Source: Nemertoderma westbladi
Lineage: Eukaryota; Animalia; Xenacoelomorpha
Length of the DNA stretch: 39,307 bases
Assembly (NCBI GenBank): GCA_032718475.1
Contig: JAUCBJ010001605.1
Location: 1-39,307 of the forward strand
Direction of reading: 5' to 3'
Shown here piece after piece: positions 1 to 12,800 of the stretch. The notes beneath the pieces are model-generated. The model was not told where the DNA came from. It did not search any database and saw only the letters and a list, made by a program, of their open reading frames with translations. Every line of letters starts with the position of its first letter. The first letter of the stretch is position 1. A program made the position numbers and the translations under genes.

Positions 1-280
1 CGAAATATTGCGGGACTTACGAAAATCCGACATAAAGTACAGTAGTAATGTCTAAAAAATGTGCACTTTTTTTAAATCCTAAAAAATATGAAATTTAGAA
101 ATTTATGAGTAAAACTGAGAATTTGACAATTATTATAAAGAGTAAACGGGTAAAACGAAAATTATTCCGTGAAGCAAAAAGGTTTGGTCAAAGGAAAAGC
201 GTAAAAAATCAAAGAGGTAAACTGTACATTTGGTACTGAATAATAAGTTGGTTAATAATTATAATGTTTCTGAATCTCAC

Positions 281-815
281 CTGAATATGGATATTTAAGG
301 CTTCAATAGGAACTCCAGACAGACCGGAAGTCTCCAGTTTCAACGCATCAAGTAATCCTCCGAAGTTACTTATGGAACTGACGTCATACACATAAACATC
401 ATTATCGTCATAGTATGACCGCAACGCTCTGAAGTTATGAGTAAGCTGTTCGCCTAGTCTCGGTATGGTATCGGTTGCTAAGGAATAAGCGTTAAACAGC
501 GCCCTCCAGCGGGAAGGAATTGCACCATCCCGTAATAAATTCAGTTCAGTTATTTCCGCTAAATTGAATCTCGTTGAATAAGAAATCTTGTTCCGTAACT
601 CAGAAATATTCAGATGAATTCGCGAAATATCCCGAAATAAACTTAACTGGGTTTCCATGAAATAATCCAAGTTTGTTTTAAACTGAAATACCACGTCATT
701 GGATGAATTGGTTGCCATGGCAGCGTCAATGTGGTCGAGTGTAGCAGCTACAGCTTGGCGTGTCGGAGAAACACATTGAGTTACCGAGATGGATCGAAGG
801 AATCCAATAAGTTTC
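281..815 (-). CDS. Dynein heavy chain-like exon, C-terminal region (RKLIGFLRS...ALNIHIQ)
   Basis: Acceptor ttatattcag| at 816-817, donor CAG|gtgaga at 279-280. Lies inside ORF 209..889. Phase 2 to 0. GAIPSRW resembles the dynein C-terminal '.vP..W' motif. Confidence 0.8.
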
Positions 816-3800
816 CTGAATATAAATGAACAACTCGGGTAAAATACGCCCCCAGTTGATACAGAGGTTGATACTGAATTCGTGTACACTCGAGTACAAA
901 CTGGAGTCCCCCAAGGAACATGCGAGATACATTATGAGGTCAATTAATCTAAACCCATAGCTACTGTACTCACTGAACAAATCGGATAAATTGATCTTAA
1001 TGTAATGTGTGGGAGATGTCAAAGGGGGTGAATGAAGGTGAGGTAGGTGTGAGATTGAATAAGGGGAACTGATCAAGGTGTTAATTAACCAGGAACAGAA
1101 AGAATAAAGAATTTAGGCGGCGCTATTATCAGGAAACAGGAACACAAATCTTAGTAGAGGAAAAACGACCCGGTGTGAACGATACTGATAATTTTGGTAA
1201 TGATTCCGATGGTACCAAGATTAACCTAACATAGATAACCAAGTAAAGTTTGTCGTTCTGTGCAACAAATGATTTACCTGCTAACATCGCAGTTCATTTC
1301 CCTAATAGAAGCTTCGCCCATCCCGACAGCGTGTAGTGGTTGCTGGACAAACTGAATCGCTGAAACTCTGTCCCAGGAGACCGTCAGCTCGCACATAGTC
1401 TCTAAGATACCGCGTTGTTTGCCCAAAGTCTAATAATGTAAATTATATAATTATTATTAAAGAATATTATATAATAATAGAACAGTTGCTACAAAATGAA
1501 AATAATAAAACTTGTAATTAAAAAGAGAAAACCAGCGTAACGGCTTTCATTACACAAATTATGCTTCACTTCAGCACGTTTTCACTCACTTTGTGAAAAC
1601 TGTATAATGCCGTTACTGTGGTCAACTGTGCGACAGTTGAGAGCCACGCTCTCAACTGCCAAAGCTGCCCTTCGCTGTCCACTCTTGGGAAGAGCAAATG
1701 ATAAACTTTTAAGGTAATAATTTATTAATTTAATCAATTTTAAGTTAATGCTTATGCATTTTTAACACAGTTTTAAAACTAAACTTTCGGTTAATAAATT
1801 TACCCCGATCGGGGTGTATATATTATTTAAAAAAAGTGAAAACACGTCTCGGTAGCAAATGTTACTCCTGATTTACTTATTTACCGTCAGATTGGGCCAC
1901 CCAACCCACATTATATTCTACGTAATAACATTTCCACACCGACAGACGCCACCGTAGTTGACAGTCACACTGCTATGTCATTTACATTCAAATTAATCTC
2001 AAAGATATAATCTCACCTGTCGTTTAGTTGCTTCGAAATCCAAAGCCGTATCGACAACATGTTCAACAACGGTCTCTGCATCGTCGAGAATCAAGTCAAC
2101 AAACACAAAGTCGGTTAACCAAGTTCGGATATTTCGTATAAATTCCGATTTCTTTCTAGTCAACCACTGGAGACGACTAACAACACAAGTAATCCAATCC
2201 AGGATCCCGTGAAACGAAGAATAGCCATGGCTATGCCGTAATCGCAACGCGGATTGGACCGCAGATATAGCCAATCGTGTTCTATCTGAAACTCGGGATA
2301 AAGAGGAATAACTTTTACTGATTCCGTCAAACAAAGTCGAATGCATAAATATTTTATAGGAGAAATATCTCAACGACTGTGGAATGTTGGAGTCGATATC
2401 GTTTGCGATAACAAACAATCGAAATTTATCGTTAACCTTATCAGATTCATTTGTTTCGTCCAAATAGTCATTCATATGCGTAATGACGTCATATGGCCAA
2501 GGTCCTCCTAGAGAATGAATGACCAACCAATCACCGTTCAGCATGGCCTTTGAAATTATTTCAAGACATCGTGATTGGCTCGTGTATTCCATTAAGTAAA
2601 CCTGATTTATTCGAGAGTGATAAGGAATCGTTTCCAACCAGGAAACAACATCGCTTGAGTTGAAAAATCCGGTATTGCTGGGCAACAAGAACATTACGGG
2701 TGTAGTAGATGTTGCCATGGCGATAATTTTATTTTGTTGAACATCTGGAATAAGATTAAGTGAATAATTAACAAACATTTTGGCGACATCTGCTAGTAAA
2801 TCCGGTTTCAATGATTTCCATAGCAGAAATCTTTGCAACACAGAGAGATTTACCAAACTATCATATGGTGAAGATTCAATAAGGACTGGTTTACTATTGA
2901 GATAGTCTAACCAATCAGCTTCATTATCAGACAGTGACGTAATGAGTTGTTTAAATGCAGGTATTTCTTTACGAAGATCACAAACTCGACTCCAAACGTC
3001 ATCATTAGTCATCCAAACTGGACGACTTTCCCCGAAATCATCACAAACAATTCGATCGGAAAAAAATATTTCATATTCAGAATTACTTATTTCTTTTCTT
3101 AAGTGAAGGAGTTCGATAGCCAGAAGCAACTGGTAGTGGAGTTGGTGCGACTTGGGACACCAGCATTGAATTAGGCCGACAGATGAGTTCAATATACATT
3201 TCTCCAGCTCCAAAAAACGACCAGCTTCGTCGTTTCGTTTTGCAATTTCACAGAAATGTTCCCGTAAACCTTCCAGCATTACCGCCTTAAAGTGACAAAG
3301 ATTAATAATAAATAAATCGTTATTGTTCACTGGCGACCTCATTGTGGCAAACGCTACAGCAGCTGTTCGACTGAGATTAATCAATTTATCATCACGTTGA
3401 TTGAGTAACTCTAACTCGTAATGCAACTGAGACATCTCCACGTGGTTATCTTTGATCGCTTCGTTTGTGGTGACAATAGAATCCTCCAGCTTCTTGTCAT
3501 CCAAGAGATGTTCCGAGACAATGACACCCTCCAAGAGTTTCTGACATACATCCACTTCATACATCCTACACATATCCATCCTCCTCAAGACAGAACTTTT
3601 CTTTGATTCCAAATCTGGAATCTCCAAATTTACAATATCTCTGTGTAACATCTGTTGCACAGCATCGAAGTTCAGAGAAAAATCTAGAGAAGCTGAAAAA
3701 CAAAGAGGCAAATGGGATATCATTTTTATGTTGGAGAATCGACCAGTACTTTGGAGAAAAAGGCGAAAATCCGGATGACATCTAACAGAAAACTTAAGGA

Positions 3801-6800
3801 ATTGAATCCTCTTCACTCCCTTAGAATCCAGCACGACTTGACGTCTCAACAACGGAAGAAACGAAATGATGTTTTTAAAGCGCTCAATATGACATAAAAG
3901 AACGGAAACTCCGTTAACTACAGAAAATATAAGTTTACTATTCAGTGATGGGTCATCCGCTTTTATTCTCCAGAAACCGCGGTCCGGAATGTTGTAACTC
4001 TTGTCGATGTCGATAGTTTCGAGTTTCATCTGAAACATTAAATTCCCTGTCATTATCGATGATTTAAAAGGCGCGATAGTCCGTTTTGGCTCATCATTCG
4101 GTGGGTCATCGCCGATATTAAACCGAACTTGAGCAGGTTTACGGGGGAACAAACCCTCTGTAGCCATACCGATCCCACGATCCGGTAATGGAACCACAAC
4201 ATCGGACTTACATACTGAATTCATCTCCCCAAGGAAATATGGTAATAAAACTTCAGCTTGTCTGTCTGGATCAACTAATATAGGCCAATATAAGCAGTCA
4301 ACTGCCCCTACATACAAACACGAAATAACATTGTGTAAGGATTTACTATCAATAGTTAACTTGCGATCTTTAATATTATCTAATGCATCGGAAGATATCA
4401 GAATATCCTTTATGTTAAAGTCATCCCGATACTTAATAGATTGATCAGTAGCACGATCTAGAGAAGTCAAATTAAATCCACCCAGATCTTGATCTGAAGT
4501 TTCAACAATTGAAATTTCGAAATCGTCTTTAACATTCCAGTCAAGAGGTCCTCCTGCTTGCAGGGCTACTTTCCATTTCTGCACTAGTTTATTTCGCATA
4601 ATGGAATTAAACGGCCCAAGGTAAGATAGAAAAGAAGCCGCCAATATAGAATCGCCAACTCTACAATCTAGTAAAATGAGTAATTCTGATTTAATTCTGT
4701 GCCACTCCACTAAATGAACCTTTATACTATCAACCATTGATTTAGCCTTTGTGTTATTGACTACCATGTAGTGGATTTCTTTCCCTAATGACTTTAACTT
4801 CGACAGGGAATCTTTGTAGGAGCGTTTCTTTACATCCAAGTCATTTCTCAACTGAATCGCTAACATCCGTTTCTGTCCGAGAGAAGCCTGGGTTTTCTTC
4901 ATCTCATCAGCAGATGACCCCGCTGAGCGGGATGGCTTCAAGTCATTCCAGAGGGATCCGTATTTAACCACTGCTACAATCCATTGAAACAATCCGACTA
5001 CCGCTTTACTGGTGTTCTTAGCAACCGGTGCAGTAAGTTTTTCCGTCTTTATAATTTGCTTTAAAGTTTTTATTTGAGAAATATGTAATTTCCGTTTATC
5101 AAAATATATAAGATTCTGGAAGAAATTACCATGGCTCAGAATAAACTTTGCGGATTCCCAACCCGTTGGTTTTTTAAACAGAATGCAAACGCAGTCCATT
5201 ATGAGTTGAACAATCTCAGGAGGTTCCCTGTAGCTTCGAATTTCCTCTATATCATTGGAATCCAAAGCCTCAACAGCTTCTAAGGCAGTGTTATAAACTG
5301 GGTCAATGGAACTGATTTTATTCTGTTTATCTTCATCCATATCGACAGACATCCGAGACAACGCATCTTCATCAACTCGACATGCTGCTTCTGCTATTTT
5401 ACACTTTTTCCTCGCCTTATTAACTTCCTCTTCCTTAACAGAAATTTGGATGTTAAGTTGACGCCGTTTCTCTTTCAATCTTGCCAATTCCGTCTCGAAG
5501 TTTTCTACCCTGAATTTCATTACATCGACCTTTTCTATGGCTAAATCATAGCGATTTAATTTGGATAATAAATCACTGGTTAATTTTTTGAAAATATTAT
5601 TGAACAGAAAAATCGCAGTTTTCATTGAACGCAATGTAAATACTTTCTCATCCGGACAAATATCAAAGCCTGGAATGTCAGATAGTTGATTAGCGTAATG
5701 ATGAATGTATGCAAACATGTCAGCAACCTTGGCAACAGGAATTTCAATTTCATCATGAGAGTTGGTGCAATCATCTAGCCACTTTTCTGAAACACAGACA
5801 AGAGATTCCCTATTCCAAGGACGGAAATAATCAACAGTGTTGGCGAAACATACAATGTTGGGATTAGAACATATTATCGACTGGAAACTTACTAAAGAAG
5901 TTGATGAATTCGGTAATAAATTTAAACATAAAACGAACTTCAGGTGATGTTTGATATTGTTAAAATACCGTTGTAAGTAAATACCATGTTTGTTGGTTGG
6001 AATATTCCTACCCTCCGCTAGTTTCCTAACAAGTTCGTTCTTTTCATCATTGGTATAAAGCCCAGGATAGGATCCGCATTCCAACAGAGTTGACAATTTA
6101 TAAATGCATGAAATATCAATGTTATCGTGAACCAAAATAATAGAGTTTCGTTTTATAATACCAGAATTAAAACAAGCATTCTTGATAACTTCTTGGAAAA
6201 CCACTAAATCTGTTTGCGGATTGTTGGAAGATTTCTCCACGACAAACAGTTTTGTGTTTGTCATGTAAGCAGCAAGTCTTACCAATGCAGACCTACCGGA
6301 CACAGAACGTTGTCCTAGCAACAGGGAACACCCTCCCGGTATCATAAAACTTCGCACCAATCGAATGCAATGATCTACTGCCTCCTTAAAGAAAACAATA
6401 TCCAGTTTGGGTTGCAATGTCTCTTCAGCCAATCCGTTGAAGGTGGCGCAATGTTTCATTAATGCATCACTAACATCACTCCAGCGGTACTCCATGATTC
6501 CACTTCTATCTTCCTGACTATCAGATGAAATCACAATTTTCTTACTACAAAACACAAATTCCATTATATTTTCGCCAGCTTCGAATAATTCACTGTATTT
6601 AATCTTTGGTAGAGGGTTTGGTGTCTCGGAATCTGTGACACCATGTGGTAAAATATTCTCCAAGAAAGAGCCGCTAGAACTGTCAGGAACTACATTTGCT
6701 AGAAACAACGTTTTAGTGGCAGCAATTTCCCTTGCGTTTGGAGAGAAACAGAAGTATCTGAAGGCGTTTTTATACAAACATGATATGACATGGTCTCTAT

Positions 6801-9800
6801 GAGCACGAGATGTCAATCTATCTGCGAACACCCTGCAGACCTCGTGGTACATGAACCGCACCAGAACCCTCAAACTAAATATCTCCGGATCAGACATGGT
6901 CTGTGGGCCAACCCCCGCCCAGGACTGTATCTTCCTCTGAGGTGCACCGGTACTGGTGTCTGACTTGGTTACTACCGACTTGCTCTTTGTTTTCGTTTGT
7001 ATTTTCCCTTTACTTGGAAGTTTCTCAATAATTGCTTTCACTGAAATCTCTATGTTGCTAGGAGTGAAACACATCAGACCATTGCAAACTCTCAAAATAT
7101 CGTTAAAATTAAAAATGTAATGCGGGTTGGTTGGGGTGGAAAAAAGTTTCAGTTTCAGTTGACTATACAAGTCGACTAAACTAGCAGATATCAGTAGAGA
7201 TAACACATTGGGTTTGGGTACATGAGTTTCCGGAAATGCTTTGACCCAGGGTTCTAGAAATAGATTGGCTATGCTAATAATATGCTCCAGTGGAGGTGTA
7301 GGAACAGTGAGAGTAACAAAGTGTCGAATAAGTCGGGTTCTAAGATGTTTATTGTGTATAAGATCGGTACCGCCAGATGCCGCTATAAATACACAAGATT
7401 CTGTGTTTACGGGTACCTTAGAGACATTATCATAAATATAATTAGTCGACACAGATTGTCTTAGCAACTCGACTGGCGCGATTGTATCAGACAATCCCAA
7501 GTCATCGAGAAACAACACAGATTTATGGGCGAGTTTTCCAGTAGTAATGGCCCGTCCAGATTGTTTTCTATTTGCTAAAACCTGACGCAAAATCCTATTG
7601 AGTTCTCCAGAAAGTAGACTCCCGCTGCAGTTAATGTACTCAAACTTTAGTTTGGGGAACAAATTGTTCTGAATGAAAGCGGTCTTACCTGAACCTTTTT
7701 CACCTCCAAATAAAAGGTTACAAGCTGTAGTGTTTAATAACGACATTGCCACATCGTAGATTCGTTCCATGGTGGGTATCAACGCATAACCTTTAACTAA
7801 ACGAGCTTTATTTGAGGTTATTTCAATTAAATTGCCACTTTTTGCATCGATACTTAAATTCCATATACTCGACATTCCAGAGGGAAAACGTACCCCGACG
7901 GATCTTAGCAACGTTTCCGCGAAAACCTCGAAGTGTTCGGTGTTGGACTCATGTAAACAACCCCCAAAGGCCCACACATAGGCTATGCTGAAGCAACTTT
8001 TAATTAGCCGAATGTGGGAGTCGGGAACTGGTTCCTCCGGACGGGACATCATCGACAGACTACGCATTGGCGATCCGGCGCCTTTGTTGTTAGAGAATAA
8101 TTGACCTTTCGGCATAAACTGGTCGAACATCATGTTGAGAAACTGTAGGAAGTTTGATGTAGTCACTGCAGAATTCTCTGCTGAGAAAACGTGTTTATTT
8201 AGACAATGTGATGCTTGGTTAGAGAGAAAGGCGAAGGATTGTGGGAAAACTGCCTCACAAACGTGATTCAACGTCTGTACCGATTTATTATAAACAGAAT
8301 AGATTTCGAAGATTTTTTCCGTCCAGTTCGAAAGTTGCAACTTCCAAGGAAATGTTTCAGGACCGACGAAAAGAGGTCTAATCTTCGAAATCGATTGTGG
8401 TGATAAACATGAAATACTTTCAGTTTCAACCAACAACCGTGTCTCATTAGAGACACTTAGACCTTGCCCATTAGACAGACTAAGCTTCTTGTTGAACCCC
8501 AACATTGATGCGACAGCATCTATCGTCCCTCCCCCCATATCGCCGTCCAGTACAACCCATTTATGCGTTTTAACTCGAGGAGCGCCGTAATCCGGACCGG
8601 GGTGATACATTAACAGAGTCGGAAGTAAACCGCCCTCCCAGGAATCCCCATTATAACATCCCATAACGGATGAATCCTGCGAATCTGGATAAATCACAAT
8701 CGGTTTAATCGGAGAGACCTCAGAATCTCCAGTGAGCTGAGATCCGCCTTTCCCATCGGGGGTTTTTATTTTGTAACAAATCTGATTGATCGCGCGGATG
8801 AGTACATTATAAACCAATGTTTTACCGCCACCAGAAGGACCGTATATCAGCACACCTTGAGATTCATTGAGAATATCCTTAAGTTCTAGAACTTTCCTAA
8901 ACAACGGGGAATACGAAACTGATTGATTATTAAGGACTTCTCTAACAGTCTTAGTAAGTTCGTCTTCTTCAAATTCATCCTCAAGTTCATCAAAATCGAT
9001 GTCATTAAAAGCCGAATCCAAAGCTTTATTCACAGATTTCATGAATTCCACTCCCATAGATTTTAATATGGTATTAAAAGCCTCGACGATAAAGAAGGCC
9101 TCTCTGCCATCGGTCTCCAACCCTTCCTCTAAGGCCAAGTATCTGAGAGCCACAGACTTCCTGGCTATATGCAGCATAAACTGCACTCCGGACCACGGAT
9201 ACTTTAACGTGTGCGACACGTAGTTGCACAGGAATTCAACTCTCTTAGCGAGCGATTCGGAACCGGAATACCCACCGGCGACCAGAACCGACTGTATGAG
9301 AGTGACGCCATCCGGTTTGGTGAAGGCCACAGGACGCAATGAATCCCGGAGGTGTCCGGGAAGAGTAAACCCGCCGTGGGTAGATTCCATAGTCGCAAAT
9401 ATCTTGAAGGATCGTCTCGATGGAATAATCTGACGGTTTAGAGAAACGTTCACTAAGTCTGTAGGTTTAACATAATGTGAAGACAACATAAACAACTCGT
9501 TAATCTTATTATCAGTTTTATTAACTAATTTTCGCTTTAATTTGATTCGATCTGCGGAACTAGATCGCTTAATATCCGGTTCCACTTCCGACTTCCGATT
9601 CGGCTGAATGGAACGACTCCGTCGACTTCTTGTGCGAAATAAAGCGAAATAGTTCCGGGTGATATCGTCTTCAGTAAAAGCGTTAAATGCTTCAGTAATG
9701 AGTTGGAACTGTCTAGACACATAGATTAGAACACTAGATGGAAGGTCATCCAGCTGTTGGAATATTAAAGACGCCCCACTCAACAAGCAACCCTTAATAA

Positions 9801-12800
9801 CCCTATCAATAACATCTGTGTGTATGTCTGTAGAACAACGTTGTACCCAGTAGTACTGCCCCAAAGACACCGACAGGTCTGCCAGTGTAGAACACTTCCC
9901 TGCGGATGACGGGCCCACTAAACACCCGTACCTGTAAGTCGCCGTGGCGGAACACATCGCCATGGCAACACGTTCAGTGGCCGAACCCGGACACAATCGC
10001 TTGGAGTTACCGAAATACTCGTATTGGTAAGGGTTATTCGTTAGTAATCGCAGAGAAAGTTCGCCCATTTTAGCGCGGTTGAATTGGGATTCCTTAGGTT
10101 CTATTGGCTGGAAGGATAATAGAATATCAGCGTGGTACTTTATAGAAGAAATCCATTCGAAAGAAGATAGTGAAGGTTTATTTACAACGGCGAGTTTGTC
10201 GAGTACATCTCGATGATAGAGTGATTGGTTGATTAGGTTGGTTAGGATAATGACTTGGGATTCCGATCCAGAGTCGTGGAGGAAGCTGCCGTAAACGTCG
10301 ATGGAATCCATTACATCGGCCCTGGAACGCAAACATAATTAATTATAATTACCAGGGGCGCCGGAAGAAATTTGTGCGACGGGGGCAGCTGCTAAAAAAG
10401 GGCACTTTTTATAATACGATAATAATATTAGAAAAAAAGTTACACAAAATTCAAATGGGATGTATTTAATAATACTTATTAATTAACAAGTTTGCATTGT
10501 AAACATTTAAATGTGTTTTTTTAATTGTGTGTAAATATGTATGTTGTAAATATGTTGTAAACATGTTATAGAACAAGAGTGTTAGTTATCAATTTTGATA
10601 AATATTTTGGTTATAGAACTCGTTTTTTTTCTAGAACATTTTTTGGAGAAAATACCATACTGTCAGAAGGTCAAATATTTGTTCTAGAAAAAAACCTCAT
10701 CATAAAAGCCTTTTTATAAGAAAAAATTTGGTCAAACTATGGGTACCCAAGGTGTAGTAATGCCCGTATTTCACTATGGAAGAAGCTTCGATGGACGATA
10801 TTTATGCTGAAATACAGTAGGTCCAGATAAAAGTGAGAGAAGACTTACAACAAATAAAACGACGTAAGTGGTGGAAAAAATTAACATTTTTTTTTTCTTG
10901 CTTTCTTATTTGTCTCGCTACATTCGACAAAAAAGCCTACTTTTTTGCCACTACTTAAATAGTTATTGTAACACTATATTGCTCCATCTTTTATTAAAAA
11001 ATTAGACAACAAAAATGTTCCTATTTAAGAATAAAATTACGTAGGCCTATTACATAGGAAAAAAAGTATTTTATATATATATAGTATAGTAAGTATATAT
11101 TTTTTTTCAATATTCTCTCAACCCTGTATTAACATAAAATATAAAACATTATATTCTTAAATAATTGTTACGTTTTCGCTCGAATATACCCCAAAATCGG
11201 GAGAAATAGTTTCACCTTTATTCCCTAGGATCCAATACGGACTCTATATCCAATATTATTGGTTCATGTAGTTAAGCGGCTCTCTAGTTACATAATAAAT
11301 ATTCGAGAACACTAAATTATTTTATTATTGAGTAAGGCAACATCGAGAGTTGAAGAGTACGCCGAAGGATGAAAGGAAAGGAAAGGGTTGCCAAGTGGTC
11401 AATTAGTCTCCCCTGGCTTCCATTGTCCAAGTCACAAGGCCATATTTACAGACTATGCTGTGGTAGAGATAGACTGACTTTCTGTGAACTTAATTTTATA
11501 TCATAAACGGAGTAGGACTGGGCCAATGTGGGTGGGGGGCATTATTGGTAATATGGCTTAGGGTAGGGCTACAACATTTAGATGGAGTCTTCTTATATTT
11601 ATTTAGCTAAGTTAACCTTCTAGCAACGATTTTACATACATTAATTAATTTAATAGTGAGATAGTGTGGGCCGTTTACGTTGTGTGAGTTAATTCTGGAA
11701 GGCCACATTGCTGCCCCCCCCCCCCTGCCCCCCTGTCATACGGGCTGGGGGGGCAACTACCGCCGCCCCCCCCCCCCCCCCTTGCTTCCGGCGCCCCTGA
11801 TAATTACAGCTACATTTAAAATAGAACCGATACACATTGCGCGAAGAAATTATAATGTCTTCGCAGATTTAGAATCCTTCCAAAGCCAGCCTTGCGAAGC
11901 GACCAGTCATTCTCGCATGTCGAAACTCAAAAATAAATATTATAGAAATAAATATATTTTAGAAACCTAATTTTAAAAATTTTAGAAATAGATATTGCTA
12001 ATGAGATATTAAGATAAATTTTAACATTCATAAAGTTGTGAATGTATTAATTGTAATATTTGGGGTGGTGGGTTGTTGTTTGTACCTGTCTACTGCAAGT
12101 TACCCTTAATTGTAAAATATTTACTCTAAGTTTTTAACAAACTTGCAGGAAGGACAATTCTTGTTACAACATTAATTAATCTAAAATTAAATAACGTAAT
12201 CCAAAGATGCCATCACCTTAACTTGGCTAAATCCTCGCTGTAGTTAGCTGCACTCAGACACTTCTCTGCACTCCGTTTCCACAAGACAGAGGCCGTTACC
12301 AATAGCGACTGTAATGAATATCTTATCACCTGTGGTACTTGATTGGTTGCCGTGGGGAGTGATGAAAATATCACATTGGTAAATGATCCTGAATAAATTA
12401 ATCATACAATTTATGGAGATTTAGGAGGTTGTATGTTTGTATGTTTGCTTATTGTTGTGCGATAGAGCACAGCATAGTTCCTCGCATATATCCTTATATC
12501 ACATTTTCATACTAACATCACTATGTACTCAGCTCACCGAGTTATTATAACTACCTAATAATAATAACATACACTACACACACTACCTGAAGTTACAGCA
12601 TCAGTAACACAATCTTCTATTTCTCCTCTGACACATTGCTTCATAGCTAGCTCCAACCCGAGGTACCACTCTCCTAAGGTTTTCCCAACAGATAGCGGTT
12701 GATTTAACCTCAATGTCTCTCCGTTGTAACCGGAGAATCCAATAATGTCTAATACAGCGGCTGTAACACATTATTATAGGTTTGTTAGTGAAGCTAAATC

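Noticed and set aside
726-1076. 116-aa minus-strand ORF and the short antisense ORFs within 3421-9722
   Set aside because: No recognisable domains; they overlap intron sequence or alternative frames of the dynein exons.
1590-1972. Candidate extra dynein exons at ~1590-1683 and ~1885-1972
   Set aside because: GT/AG signals exist, but phase combinations give stops or non-dynein sequence, and the giant exon joins exon 1429 cleanly in phase 0.
1999-10332. Treating the 2777-aa ORF as a complete single-exon gene
   Set aside because: The listed start is a non-ATG codon in the intron, and canonical splice sites at both ends connect to further dynein exons.
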